A stretch of 64,000 bases of DNA from Prochlorococcus sp. AG-436-M02 (GCA_003212515.1 QCPL01000007.1:2370-66369); one strand, 5' to 3'. Numbered from the stretch's first letter, positions 9,640-19,958 are shown. Notes: generated by a model not told the origin, from the sequence alone. Translations and numbers: made by a program.

Positions 9640-10911
9640 ATGAGAATACCAAGAGGTTCTATCCAACATGGAATACTAAGCGATTTCAAATCATTGACTA
9701 TGTCAGTAATAAATCATTCATTATGTGAGTCAGCAACTAAAAAGACTAGAGAGAAATTAGAAAAAAAAATAAATCACTATTTTCAAAACTCACACTCCAT
9801 ATTATTTCCCTTTGCCAGGACTGCACTATATGGTGTATTAAAATCACTTAATCTGCCAAAAGATTCAAAGATATTAATGACGCCATTCAATATAACTCCT
9901 ATGATCGATATAATTGAATCTCTAAACCTAAAAGTAGATTTTATTGATATTAACTTAAATGATTATGGACCGGACTACGAAATATTAGAAAAAACAATTT
10001 CCAAAGATTATAAATGTTTTATTATGACATATCTATTTGGCTATGTACCAAATATAGAACTTATAAAAAAACTATGCCTGAATAATAATGTAATGCTAAT
10101 CGAAGATATTTCCCAAAATATTGGCGCAAAATACAATGGTAAGTTATTAGGAACATTTGGAAAAGTCAGCATATATAGTGCCTCTCTTACGAAATATGTA
10201 GATGGATATAATGGAGGCTTTGCTATAACACAAGATCTTAAATTAAAAACAGATTTAATAAATTTTTCATATTCATTAAAAAGAACTGATAAAGTCAGAA
10301 TTGTTAAAGTGATATTAAAAACTCTAATCTGGAATATTGCCTTAAATAAATACTTCTTTAAATATATCACCTATAATTTACTAAGTCTATTGAAAAGAAT
10401 TGCTTATGATAAATACGAAAAGATACTCAGTGGTTCTATTACAAAACACAAAAATCAACTACTTCCAGAATACTACTTCGAGAGTATCGCGGAAATACAA
10501 TGTCTTACAATTAGCAAGTATTTAGATTGCTTAGAAGAGTTGATAAGAAAAAGAAGAAAACTTGTTCAGAAAATTAAACTATTGCATAGTCAAACTATAA
10601 CCACTTTAGGAAAAAATAATAACAAAAAATATGAGACATTCTGGCAATACTTATTACAAGTAAACGATATTAAAAGAAGCAGGGAAATTTTATTTAGAAA
10701 AGGAGTAGAAACTGGTACAACAAATTTGCCTAACCTCAGTAAATTTTATAAAAAAAATTTAGTGAATGCTGAAAAAATAAAAAACAATCATATTTTTCTC
10801 CCGTTGCATACTTTTGTTAAAGAAAGTGATTATATGGAACTTTTAAATTTATTAATAAGTAAAGGAGAAATTACTCAAAATCTTAGCCTAAACAAAGATG
10901 AAATTAGATAG
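9640..10911 (+). CDS. DegT/DnrJ/EryC1/StrS PLP-dependent sugar aminotransferase
   Basis: YLFG, IEDISQ, GTFG..SIYSASLTK (PLP lysine), NGG. Confidence 0.85.
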   Translation: MRIPRGSIQHGILSDFKSLTMSVINHSLCESATKKTREKLEKKINHYFQNSHSILFPFARTALYGVLKSLNLPKDSKILMTPFNITPMIDIIESLNLKVDFIDINLNDYGPDYEILEKTISKDYKCFIMTYLFGYVPNIELIKKLCLNNNVMLIEDISQNIGAKYNGKLLGTFGKVSIYSASLTKYVDGYNGGFAITQDLKLKTDLINFSYSLKRTDKVRIVKVILKTLIWNIALNKYFFKYITYNLLSLLKRIAYDKYEKILSGSITKHKNQLLPEYYFESIAEIQCLTISKYLDCLEELIRKRRKLVQKIKLLHSQTITTLGKNNNKKYETFWQYLLQVNDIKRSREILFRKGVETGTTNLPNLSKFYKKNLVNAEKIKNNHIFLPLHTFVKESDYMELLNLLISKGEITQNLSLNKDEIR

Positions 10912-12301
10912 AGCTATTATTATCTGGTGAGCAAAGAGTTTGTCCATTATTCCATGACCTACAGAACCATCCTTTAGCTTTTGCCTCATTTAAATAATAA
11001 TTCTGGACTGTAGTACTCGAACTCCAGCCTGGATCATATGGATTTAATAACAGATAACTAAAGCTTTCTAGCTTTAAATTAATATCCTTTGGAAATTGAA
11101 TTAATTGTCTTTGACTAAGATGAGGAACTAAATAACTGGTAGTTAAAATTGCACTGTCATCATCTACCATTTCAATTGCTTCATATGCAGGTTTTAAAGA
11201 ATCTAACCGAGATAAGTAAGGTCCTAGAAAAAATCCAGGTTTCGCTAAAAGCGACCAAGATAATAAAATCCATATACTCCTGAATCTATAAGAATATAAA
11301 GAATTATCTTTTTTAGAAATTCCCTGTATGGCAGCAACAGTTCCAACAGCAACTAAAGGTAAGCTATAATGATGAATTAGTGTTCTAAAAGACAAGCTTT
11401 CCGCAAGTATATTGACCATAAGTATTGGGAAGCATGTTGATAAATACAGTAAACTTTTTCGACCCAAAAAGAATATAAAGGGTAATAGCAAAATAACTAA
11501 GTAAAATAGGCTTCCCTGCACATCAACAGAGTTTAAAATAAGAGAAGGGTTCAATATAATGTTAGATGTTATATCTAAAAGCGATTCACCTAGAAAAGAA
11601 AAATGATTTCCTATCGCAAGAATACCTTCATTATTTAAGTTTAACCTGGGATACAAAAATTTGTTTAAAAATATCAACCACGAAATAGATAAGATTATTG
11701 CTGAAATAGACCACTGAATACGTTTTCTAAGAAACTGTTCTATTCCCATACCTAGAACTAGTAAGACTAAGCCATCTCTAGCACCTAATATTAAAACTAA
11801 ACAAATTATCCATAATTTAAAGTTATTAGTAAAAGATGCAAAATAGCTAATAAATACAAACGGCATAATCCATACTTCTGGATGAAAGTCGAAAAGGTTA
11901 ACATTAAAAACTACAGGTTGAAACCACCAAAGAATACAGATTAACCAACATGTTCGATTATTTAAATGAAATAATTTAGACAATGACCACAATGGGATAG
12001 AACAAAAACTTAAAGTTAATGACTGAGTAAATAATAAGAAATAAATGCTAGGAAAAAACTTATAAACAATCGATGGAATATAAAGAATCCATGCACCATG
12101 GTCAGCAAAAATATGTAATCCTGCCATAGAGGAATAAGGAGGCAGCCCTCTACTCAGAAGCCATATCCATTGATCAAATAAACCAAGATCATAAGCATTA
12201 CTTTGTAATAAAAGATGACGCGATGAAGAAAGTGTAAAGAGTATAAGTGAAATCAGAAAAGATAAATTGAATAATCGCTTGTTAGGAAAGATAAAATTCA
12301 T
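10904..12301 (-). CDS. DUF2079-type membrane protein (probable GT-C)
   Basis: AYDLGLFDQ, ADH, DFHPE, HHYSLP, LVPHLSQR motifs. Confidence 0.8.
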   Translation of the reverse strand: MNFIFPNKRLFNLSFLISLILFTLSSSRHLLLQSNAYDLGLFDQWIWLLSRGLPPYSSMAGLHIFADHGAWILYIPSIVYKFFPSIYFLLFTQSLTLSFCSIPLWSLSKLFHLNNRTCWLICILWWFQPVVFNVNLFDFHPEVWIMPFVFISYFASFTNNFKLWIICLVLILGARDGLVLLVLGMGIEQFLRKRIQWSISAIILSISWLIFLNKFLYPRLNLNNEGILAIGNHFSFLGESLLDITSNIILNPSLILNSVDVQGSLFYLVILLLPFIFFLGRKSLLYLSTCFPILMVNILAESLSFRTLIHHYSLPLVAVGTVAAIQGISKKDNSLYSYRFRSIWILLSWSLLAKPGFFLGPYLSRLDSLKPAYEAIEMVDDDSAILTTSYLVPHLSQRQLIQFPKDINLKLESFSYLLLNPYDPGWSSSTTVQNYYLNEAKAKGWFCRSWNNGQTLCSPDNNSSI

Positions 12302-12373
12302 ATGTTGATCTCCTTAATTAACATAAATCTATATACAAGGATATTAAAAATATAAAAAAATCCTTGAAGATAT

Positions 12374-13318
12374 CTAATGGTCAAATCCCACTTTATCATC
12401 TATCAAATACATTGGTCTTGACTTAGATTCCTCATATATACGACCAATATACTCACCAAGAATACCTAAGCATAATAATTGAATTGCGCTTAAAAATAAG
12501 ATTCCTATAGCTAAACCTGCCCATCCCTGAACCCAACTATTGGTAAATAATCTTATATATATAACCCATAAAGCTAAAAGAAAGGATATCAAGCCACAAA
12601 TACTACCAAATATAGTAGCCAGTCTTAAGGGCCTTCTTGAAAAAGAAGTTATTCCTGAAATAGCAAACAAAACCATCTTTTTTAAAGAATATTTACTAAC
12701 TCCTCCATGTCGCTTATCACGTCTATAAGGGATTCCAATTTGCTTATATCCACTCCAACTAATTAATCCTCGTAAAAATCTACCCTTTTCAGGCATAGCC
12801 TTTAAGGTCAAAACTAATTCTTGATCAATTAATCTAAAGTCACCTGTATCCAAAGGTATAGGAATTTCTGAAAGAAAATTTAGAATTCGATAATAAAGCA
12901 ATGCAGTGATCTTCTTAAAAATAGTTTCTGAAGCTCTATCAATTCTTCTCCCATATACAACCTTATAACCATTTTCCCAATATTCCAGCATTGAGCTGGC
13001 CAGTTCAGGAGGATCTTGAAGGTCCGCATCTATTATGATCACAGCAGAACCTCTTGAAGCATCCAATCCTGCCTGGACTGCATTTTGATGGCCAAAATTT
13101 CTTGATAAACTAATTAATTTAATTGCTTCATTGTCCTGAGCGAAAGCTTTAATAATGTCTTTAGTGTTATCTGAGCTTCCATCATCAACAAATATAACTT
13201 CCCATGAATAATTTTTTAATGATTTAGAAACATTTAACACTCTTGTAATTGTCTCTGAAATCACTTGATGCTCATTAAAACATGGCACTACCCATGAAAT
13301 TAATTTACTTTGATTCAT
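12374..13318 (-). CDS. GT2 polyprenyl-phosphate glycosyltransferase (GtrB/ArnC/DPM1-like)
   Basis: VPCFNE, VDDGSSD, SRNFGHQ, DADLQDPP, TGDFRL, two C-terminal TMs, GEYIGRIY. Confidence 0.92.
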   Translation of the reverse strand: MNQSKLISWVVPCFNEHQVISETITRVLNVSKSLKNYSWEVIFVDDGSSDNTKDIIKAFAQDNEAIKLISLSRNFGHQNAVQAGLDASRGSAVIIIDADLQDPPELASSMLEYWENGYKVVYGRRIDRASETIFKKITALLYYRILNFLSEIPIPLDTGDFRLIDQELVLTLKAMPEKGRFLRGLISWSGYKQIGIPYRRDKRHGGVSKYSLKKMVLFAISGITSFSRRPLRLATIFGSICGLISFLLALWVIYIRLFTNSWVQGWAGLAIGILFLSAIQLLCLGILGEYIGRIYEESKSRPMYLIDDKVGFDH

Positions 13319-13591
13319 AATCTTTTTGAAAATGATGAAAAGATAAATCTATATATTTGAACATAATTAGGATGTTAGGCAAATATTTCTTTTTTGGCAA
13401 GATTTATTATTACCTATAAAAAATCTTTTGTTGAAATTGTAAAATTTATTCTCTTTCACGGCATAAAGAAAAAAGTAAAGGATAAAGTAAAATTACCAAA
13501 TTAATATTTACCTGAATGGCATCAGAAGTAAGATAAATAAAGCTATATTGATTACTATTCATAAGATCTTTCCAAGCAAAGAATAAGAAAA

Positions 13592-14755
13592 TCAGATTCT
13601 TCGAAGTTCTTTAACCATTTCAATTGATCTAGTTAAGTAGGTATTCTTCCTTGCAAGCTGAATTCTTACATCTAAAGAAGGGCCATTACAACCTAGCGCA
13701 TCTATTATTGCCTTTTCAAAACTAGAAAAAGAAGGTGCACATAAGTAGGCGACTTTTTTAAAATTAGTCAAACTATTTATTTCAGAAGCAACAACAGGAA
13801 GACCTGCTGCTAAATATTCAAAAAACTTCATTGGAAACATAGATTGAGTATAATTATTAATTTTTAAAGGTAGCCAGGCCAAGTCAAAACCTGCGCAGTA
13901 CTTTGGCAATACTTGATAAGGCCGATAACCAAGAAGATAAATATTACTTATATGATCTAACAAGTCAGTCTTCGTATTAGGTTCTCCCTCACTTTTAGGT
14001 CCAATAAACACAAAACTCCATTGAGGATTACGTTTAGCCAAGTCAGCAATTAGCTCAAAATCAATTTTATAACTACTTAAAGCACCAATAAAACCTATTC
14101 TTGGGCGAGGGATATCTATCAAATCACCTGGAGTAAAGTCTTTATATTTAGTCAATGCCTTATGAAAATGGTCAAAATCACAAACATTAGAGTGATATGT
14201 AATTCGTTTGGAATAATTCCGCAGTGATTCCTCGATCTTAGGAGAAGTTACAAAAACCTGATCTACTGAAGTGCATAATACTTTCTCTTCATTCTCTATT
14301 AATTTTTTAGGCATGTATGGTTGTTCATGAATAGCATCAACTGCATGATAAATAGTCTTTTTATATAACTTTAAATTAACTAATCTAGCAGTCAGGGGAT
14401 TATAAGTCCAAAGCCACTCTTTTTTAATTCCAGTAAGTAAAAGTGCTATCAGAATCTGAACATTCAAAAGGATACGGTTAATGAATAACCATATTCCTTG
14501 ATTCCGCCCAGGAATCACCAATGGTGAAAAAACCCATATGTTAGGAGCAACTTTTCTGGGCAGACGAATTCCTTTCAAAAGTCTTTTTAATAAACGAAAT
14601 AAGTCCTTACTTGTTGCAAAAGCTGATCTCAAACCAAGAGATTCTATATATAATATTTTATGCCCCTGAGAAGCTAATACACTGGTTACATGTTGTTTAT
14701 TTGTCCAAAGTGGATGATCCCAATCTGCAGTTGAAACGACTATAATGTCTTCCAT
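13592..14755 (-). CDS. GT4-like glycosyltransferase (TuaH-like)
   Basis: DWDHPLWTNKQH, IGFIGAL, PMKFFEYLAAGLPVV. Confidence 0.85.
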   Translation of the reverse strand: MEDIIVVSTADWDHPLWTNKQHVTSVLASQGHKILYIESLGLRSAFATSKDLFRLLKRLLKGIRLPRKVAPNIWVFSPLVIPGRNQGIWLFINRILLNVQILIALLLTGIKKEWLWTYNPLTARLVNLKLYKKTIYHAVDAIHEQPYMPKKLIENEEKVLCTSVDQVFVTSPKIEESLRNYSKRITYHSNVCDFDHFHKALTKYKDFTPGDLIDIPRPRIGFIGALSSYKIDFELIADLAKRNPQWSFVFIGPKSEGEPNTKTDLLDHISNIYLLGYRPYQVLPKYCAGFDLAWLPLKINNYTQSMFPMKFFEYLAAGLPVVASEINSLTNFKKVAYLCAPSFSSFEKAIIDALGCNGPSLDVRIQLARKNTYLTRSIEMVKELRRI

Positions 14756-15025
14756 AAAAAGTTAATCTACAATGCTAAATATATATGTAAATCTACATGA
14801 TGAATTAAAATTTAAAATAATCGTATAGAAAAAACTTTTAATCGGAAAATAAAAATCGATGTGTATCAAAATTCAAACCATCAAAACGAGTTAAAGCCTA
14901 AAACTCTAAAAATAAAATACTTCAAGTCCGAACTGTCATGTAAGCCAGCCAAGACAGTGAATTAAACACCCAACAAACTGGCAAGTCACAAATAAAAGAG
15001 CTCCAAACACTGTTATTTTTTTATT

Positions 15026-16834
15026 ATGGCTAAAACATCAGACCTTCTGGCACGTCTTTTTAATGCACTGCCAAAGAAAAGAAAAAGAGGTCTGTTTTTA
15101 TTGCTTCCAGTGGCTGCTATTACAGGCTTATGCGATGTAATAGTGATTGGATTGGTTTCAAGACTTTTCACCTTACTAGTAGGGAAAGCAAATTATCCTG
15201 CTCTTCCTTTCTCTGATTTAATACCAACTGACCCAACGATTAAACTTTTAGCCTTAGTCTTTATATATATTTGCTTTAATTGGATTTCATCTTTCCTAAA
15301 GTTATTCTTAAGGTCATGTCAAGAAAGGCTAAGAGCATCTATATGGAGAGATTTATCAGAATTAGCACAAAGAAAAATTTTATCTCAAAATTATGAATAC
15401 TTTTTGGATGAAAGAACCTCTGATATATCATCAAAAGTTTTACTTAGCATTTCACGGACTTCTCAATATTTTATTAAGCCAATATTAGAGTTAACTAGTG
15501 GAATTTTTATTATTTTTTTTATTGGTATAGCTGTGCTAGTAATAGCAAAAATAACTGCTATCTATTTAATTATTGTTCTTCTAATTGGATACACATTAAT
15601 TTCTTCAATCGTAACCCCTTATATCAGATTTGCCACACGGCAAAGAATATTCTTAGAAAAAGAGACAAATAATCTTCTTTCCGAATCTATTAAAACTATC
15701 ACTGATGTTCATCTAACAAGTTCAGAAGCTTACTTTGAAAAACGGTATTCTAATGCAGGTGAAAATGCATACCCTTTTATTTGGAAAGCAGAGGTCCTGC
15801 CTGAATTTCCACGAGCACTGATTGAACCATTAGGAATCACTCTAATATTTTCAATTGGACTACTCCCTCTATATCTTTCTGGAAAGGCTGCAGACTCTGC
15901 ACAAGTTTTACCTTTCATTGCAACTATTGCAGTTGCATCACTAAAACTTACCCCACCTTTGCAAGATTCTTTTAGGGCATTTACTCGCATTCGAGGAAGT
16001 GTTGCAGATCTAAAAGAAATTTTAAGCTTAATTGAATTACCAAATAAAAGATTAACCCTTCTCTCAAAAGGTGTTCCATCAAGAAAAGGAATAGAGCCAA
16101 GGAGCAATATTCGATTAAATAACATAAGTTATAAATATCCTAATACTGATGAATTTATACTCAAAAATATCAACATCACGATTCCTGTAGGTGCAAGAAT
16201 AGCTTTCGTTGGAAAGACCGGTAGCGGGAAGACAACAACTGTCAACCAATTACTTTGTTTATTACAACCAACTATAGGTTCAGTACAATTAGATGGTATT
16301 GATATAGAGGCGTTAGAAGTACCTGCATGGCAGTCATGTTGCTCTTATGTACCACAACAAATAACACTTTTAAATAGTAATATTATAGAAAATATTGCAT
16401 ATGGAGTGGAATCTAAAAATATTGATGAGAGTAGAGCTTGGGAATGTTTGAAATTAGCGCAAATTGATGACTTAATTGCAGATCTACCTATGGGTTTATA
16501 TACACAAGTTGGTGAAAATGGAATCAAGCTTTCAGGAGGCCAAAGACAAAGAATAGCCTTGGCAAAAGCTTTTTATAGGCACTCGAAACTTTTAGTACTA
16601 GATGAGGCGACTAGTGCATTAGATAATGAAACAGAGGCTGAGTTAATGAGTGCAATGGAAATAGTTGCTAGAAAATGCACAATTATTTTTATTGCACATA
16701 AATTATCAACAATCACAAAATGCGATTGTATCTATGAATTTGAAGATGGACGAATAAAAGCATCCGGAACTTACGAACAACTAATGGATAAATCTGAAAG
16801 CTTTAGATCTGCAATCAAAGCAGGGACAATATAA
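15026..16834 (+). CDS. ABC exporter, fused permease/ATPase (MsbA/PglK-like)
   Basis: GKTGSGKT Walker A, LSGGQRQR, LVLDEATSALD; N-terminal TMs. Confidence 0.92.
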   Translation: MAKTSDLLARLFNALPKKRKRGLFLLLPVAAITGLCDVIVIGLVSRLFTLLVGKANYPALPFSDLIPTDPTIKLLALVFIYICFNWISSFLKLFLRSCQERLRASIWRDLSELAQRKILSQNYEYFLDERTSDISSKVLLSISRTSQYFIKPILELTSGIFIIFFIGIAVLVIAKITAIYLIIVLLIGYTLISSIVTPYIRFATRQRIFLEKETNNLLSESIKTITDVHLTSSEAYFEKRYSNAGENAYPFIWKAEVLPEFPRALIEPLGITLIFSIGLLPLYLSGKAADSAQVLPFIATIAVASLKLTPPLQDSFRAFTRIRGSVADLKEILSLIELPNKRLTLLSKGVPSRKGIEPRSNIRLNNISYKYPNTDEFILKNINITIPVGARIAFVGKTGSGKTTTVNQLLCLLQPTIGSVQLDGIDIEALEVPAWQSCCSYVPQQITLLNSNIIENIAYGVESKNIDESRAWECLKLAQIDDLIADLPMGLYTQVGENGIKLSGGQRQRIALAKAFYRHSKLLVLDEATSALDNETEAELMSAMEIVARKCTIIFIAHKLSTITKCDCIYEFEDGRIKASGTYEQLMDKSESFRSAIKAGTI

Positions 16835-16933
16835 AAAATAGAAGAATGAAATATTTAAGTAGTGTAGTCGGCATTGATGTTGATGTAGGCACAAAACTCA
16901 GTGATAGCAATGGATTTGAGGGAGCAGGTTGCC

Positions 16934-17010
16934 GGTATATTGGTGGTATATCGTCATTTCAGTCGCTGAAAAGCAAGTCATAGCGTAACTACTGGTATAA
17001 AAGCGGTATA
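16934..17010 (+). repeat. Two tandem GGTATA pairs, 11-bp period (putative arm sites, distal end)
   Basis: GGTATA at 16934/16945 and 16994/17005. Confidence 0.75.
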
Positions 17011-17047
17011 TGAAAGTTCAAATAAATAATAATTTTTAATTAAATCC

Positions 17048-17887
17048 CTACTTTTTTAAGTGTTTATAATGTGCCCAAATCTCTGAAGTTTTCCATTCAA
17101 ACGGAGGCTTTAGTTTATCGGAAACGTAATCTGCTGGTATTCCATACTCTTTAGCAAAATAAGACTGAGAGATATAAACTCTTTTGTCAAAATCAGAAAC
17201 CAATGGAATTCTATCTTTGTCTTCATGTGGTTCAAAAGGAAACCATGCATACCCCTTCTGATCAATAAATTGTTCCACACTTGCATAATTTGGAGGAACT
17301 TTAACGCTAAATGCTCTGTCTATCTCCCAGTCATATCGATTAATTCTAGAATTAATTGTGGATATTGATTTGCATTTATACCCTTTTTTTAAGAGTTTTT
17401 CTCTTAAACTCTCTCTCGTTGGTGCACACAATTTTCCTCCATTTTTATAAGAGACGCATACTTCTTGAATTGGCTCAAAAGTATTTTCAGCAATTTTTTT
17501 TAGTTTTGGGATGCCAACGGTATATTCCCCAAACTTTGTAGGTATAGAAACATCAATAATTTTTTTAAAATTGCCATAATAAATTTTTTCAAAATCACCA
17601 TTATTTTTGATCTGAATAACAAGAAGATGATCTGCTCCTTTTTTAAATTTTATTGATCTGGTCGTATCTCTAATAGTCTTAATTTGCACAGTCTGACCTT
17701 TTTTATTGACTGCGTCATAACCTTTTGTTGAAATTTCTGCTTGATTTAATTCAAACTCATTAATCGCTATATATTCACCGTAATCACCTAATAAATTACT
17801 CCAATTAAAATTTGGCGCGATTTTGCCCAATTCCTCTTTTGCAGAAAGATAAGATGCCAATATTTCTTTGATTCTTTGATCAATCAT
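17048..17887 (-). CDS. PD-(D/E)XK-like nuclease-domain protein (DUF6998-like N-terminus) with putative DNA-binding C-terminus
   Basis: LLGDYGE...KGYDA....VQIK pattern; TINSRINRYDWEIDRAF resembles HTH-like repeats of phage endonucleases. Confidence 0.6.
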   Translation of the reverse strand: MIDQRIKEILASYLSAKEELGKIAPNFNWSNLLGDYGEYIAINEFELNQAEISTKGYDAVNKKGQTVQIKTIRDTTRSIKFKKGADHLLVIQIKNNGDFEKIYYGNFKKIIDVSIPTKFGEYTVGIPKLKKIAENTFEPIQEVCVSYKNGGKLCAPTRESLREKLLKKGYKCKSISTINSRINRYDWEIDRAFSVKVPPNYASVEQFIDQKGYAWFPFEPHEDKDRIPLVSDFDKRVYISQSYFAKEYGIPADYVSDKLKPPFEWKTSEIWAHYKHLKK

Positions 17888-17972
17888 GAATTAATAGATC
17901 GATAAAGTTAAATTAATAATATATCTTGAAGAAAAACAAGCGATATCAAAAATATTCATGTATTTATTTACT

Positions 17973-17989
17973 GGTATATTTGCGGTATA
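17973..17989 (+). repeat. GGTATA pair, 11-bp period (putative arm sites, argJ-proximal end)
   Basis: GGTATA at 17973/17984; ACTGGTATAnnnGCGGTATA matches 16991-17010. Confidence 0.75.
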
Positions 17990-18036
17990 AAGGTTTTTGC
18001 ATCCTTTAAATCAACTGCACCACAATGGATTACAGA

Positions 18037-19278
18037 TTAAGTTGTATAATCGGCATTGATTCTTACATATTGATCTGAAAGGTCACAGCCCCATGAAACT
18101 CCAAAACCTTTATATTGATCTATGATCAATTTAATTTTTACTTTATCTCCAACTAAATAATCTCGATTTTTCTTTTCTTTAATGTAACAAGATACTTCTA
18201 AACGATCAAAATCTATTGGCTCACCTGCATTCATTAACTTGTAAGGACCAATCCAGAGAGAGACTGATTCTAATGGAAACATTACTCCTGCTCGCCCTGC
18301 AGCAGCAATAATTCTTCCCCAATTAGGATCATCTCCGTTAATCGCTGTCTTAACCAAAGAAGAACTTGCAATCGTACGAGCAATTCTACGAGCATCTAAA
18401 TCACTCAGAGTACCTTGCACTTCAACTTCTATAAGGCAATTAGCTCCTTCACCATCTCTAGCAATGCTTTTTGCTAAAAACTGACAAGCTAACAACAAGC
18501 CATCCTCTAGATCATCAAAATAATTGTCTGCCAAATGCTCTCCAGCAGAAAAAGCTAAAAAGGAATCATTAGTGCTTGTATCTCCATCAACAGTTATTGA
18601 ATTAAAAGAGCAAGTAACAACTCTTTTTAACATTGCATGCCATATATCTTTTGGTATTCGAACATCACATGTTAAGAAACCAAGCATTGTTGCCATGTTT
18701 GGATGAATCATCCCAGACCCTTTCGCTATTCCACCTATTCGAACGCATCGGTCACCTAAATAACCTTGAAGAGCAATTTCCTTTTTTCTTAAATCAGTCG
18801 TAAGAATTGCATTAGCTGCATTGCCGCCTCCAGATGGGCTAAGAGCTTTAACAAGTGGTTTTAGACTTTTCAAAAGTTTTTCAATCGGTATTGGTTCTCC
18901 AATGACACCTGTTGAACAAATCAAAACCTCTTCAGGATTTAATCCAAGCAAATCGGCCAAGACTTTAGTTGCTTTTAAGTTATCTTCCGAGCCTCGCTGA
19001 CCCGTACAAGCATTTGCTTGCCCTGAGTTGATTAAGACAGCTCTTGCATTACCCTGATTGCTAATAAGCCTCTGAGCAGAAAGATCCACACAATTGGCTC
19101 GAATCACAGATTCAGTAAAAAATCCTGAACATGTAGATCCCTTAGGAGCTAATAACAATGCTAGGTCTAAATTACCTGAGGATTTGAGGCCAGACTTAAT
19201 ACCTGCAGCATTGAAACCCTTTGGTATAGTTATTCCTCCAGGTAATTTAGTCCAAATGGAAGAAGGTAAAAGACTCAA
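18037..19278 (-). CDS. argJ: Bifunctional glutamate N-acetyltransferase/ornithine acetyltransferase
   Basis: NSGQANACTG, STGVIG, KGSGMIHPNMATML, VDGDTSTND, INADYTT. Confidence 0.97.
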   Translation of the reverse strand: MSLLPSSIWTKLPGGITIPKGFNAAGIKSGLKSSGNLDLALLLAPKGSTCSGFFTESVIRANCVDLSAQRLISNQGNARAVLINSGQANACTGQRGSEDNLKATKVLADLLGLNPEEVLICSTGVIGEPIPIEKLLKSLKPLVKALSPSGGGNAANAILTTDLRKKEIALQGYLGDRCVRIGGIAKGSGMIHPNMATMLGFLTCDVRIPKDIWHAMLKRVVTCSFNSITVDGDTSTNDSFLAFSAGEHLADNYFDDLEDGLLLACQFLAKSIARDGEGANCLIEVEVQGTLSDLDARRIARTIASSSLVKTAINGDDPNWGRIIAAAGRAGVMFPLESVSLWIGPYKLMNAGEPIDFDRLEVSCYIKEKKNRDYLVGDKVKIKLIIDQYKGFGVSWGCDLSDQYVRINADYTT

Positions 19279-19313
19279 AAGAAAAACAAAGATACTTACT
19301 TATACTGCACAAT

Positions 19314-19958
19314 ATGGTAAATTTTCACAATAATTCCTCTCTATTGAGATGGGAAGGGAATCAAAGAAGGATTGGAATAACAGGTGGGATAGCAACAGGA
19401 AAAAGTGCCGTTGGAAATTATCTGAAAAAAGAAAAAAAGATACCAATCTTAGATGCAGATAAATACGCAAGAGAAGCTCTTGGAGCAAAACAAGAAATTA
19501 CAAGAATTGTCATTAATAAATACGGGAACGAAATACTCTTAAATCAAAAAGATAAAAATGAAATAGACCGCAGAAAACTCGGTAAAATTATCTTTTCTAG
19601 TCAGAAAGAACGTAAATGGCTTGAAGAATTAGTTCTTCCCAAAGTCAACGAAAAGATTAAACTGAACTTAGTAAAATATAATACTTTTAAAGTGATTGGA
19701 ATAATAATTCCACTTTTATTTGAACATAAATATGAATCTTTATGTAGTGAAATTTGGTTAGTTACCTGTCAGAGAGATCAACAATACCAAAGACTAATGA
19801 AAAGAGATTTTTTAACTAAATCAGATGCAGATTTAAGAATAAATTCTCAGTTTGATTTACCAAGTAAAGAAAAACTAGCAGACATTATAATCGACAATTC
19901 AGGAGAAAAGAATTGTTGGATAAAGCAAGTAGATAGTCTTATATCTAAAACTCATTGA
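19314..19958 (+). CDS. coaE: Dephospho-CoA kinase
   Basis: IGITGGIATGKS, DADK, PLLFE, IIDNSG. Confidence 0.95.
   Translation: MVNFHNNSSLLRWEGNQRRIGITGGIATGKSAVGNYLKKEKKIPILDADKYAREALGAKQEITRIVINKYGNEILLNQKDKNEIDRRKLGKIIFSSQKERKWLEELVLPKVNEKIKLNLVKYNTFKVIGIIIPLLFEHKYESLCSEIWLVTCQRDQQYQRLMKRDFLTKSDADLRINSQFDLPSKEKLADIIIDNSGEKNCWIKQVDSLISKTH

Larger units (their letters stand above)
16855..18060. mobile_element. Mini-island integrated in the argJ 3' end (no integrase)
   Basis: argJ last 24 nt (18037-18060) duplicated at 16855-16878 (21/24 identical, all three differences synonymous, INADYTT*); paired GGTATA repeats inside both ends. Confidence 0.85.

Noticed and set aside
16822-16830. AGGGACAAT, matching the tmRNA-island repeat, which would make 1.8-16.8 kb one element
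   Set aside because: Single partial copy inside the last codons of the ABC exporter; the tmRNA duplicate at 2736-2772 already closes that element.
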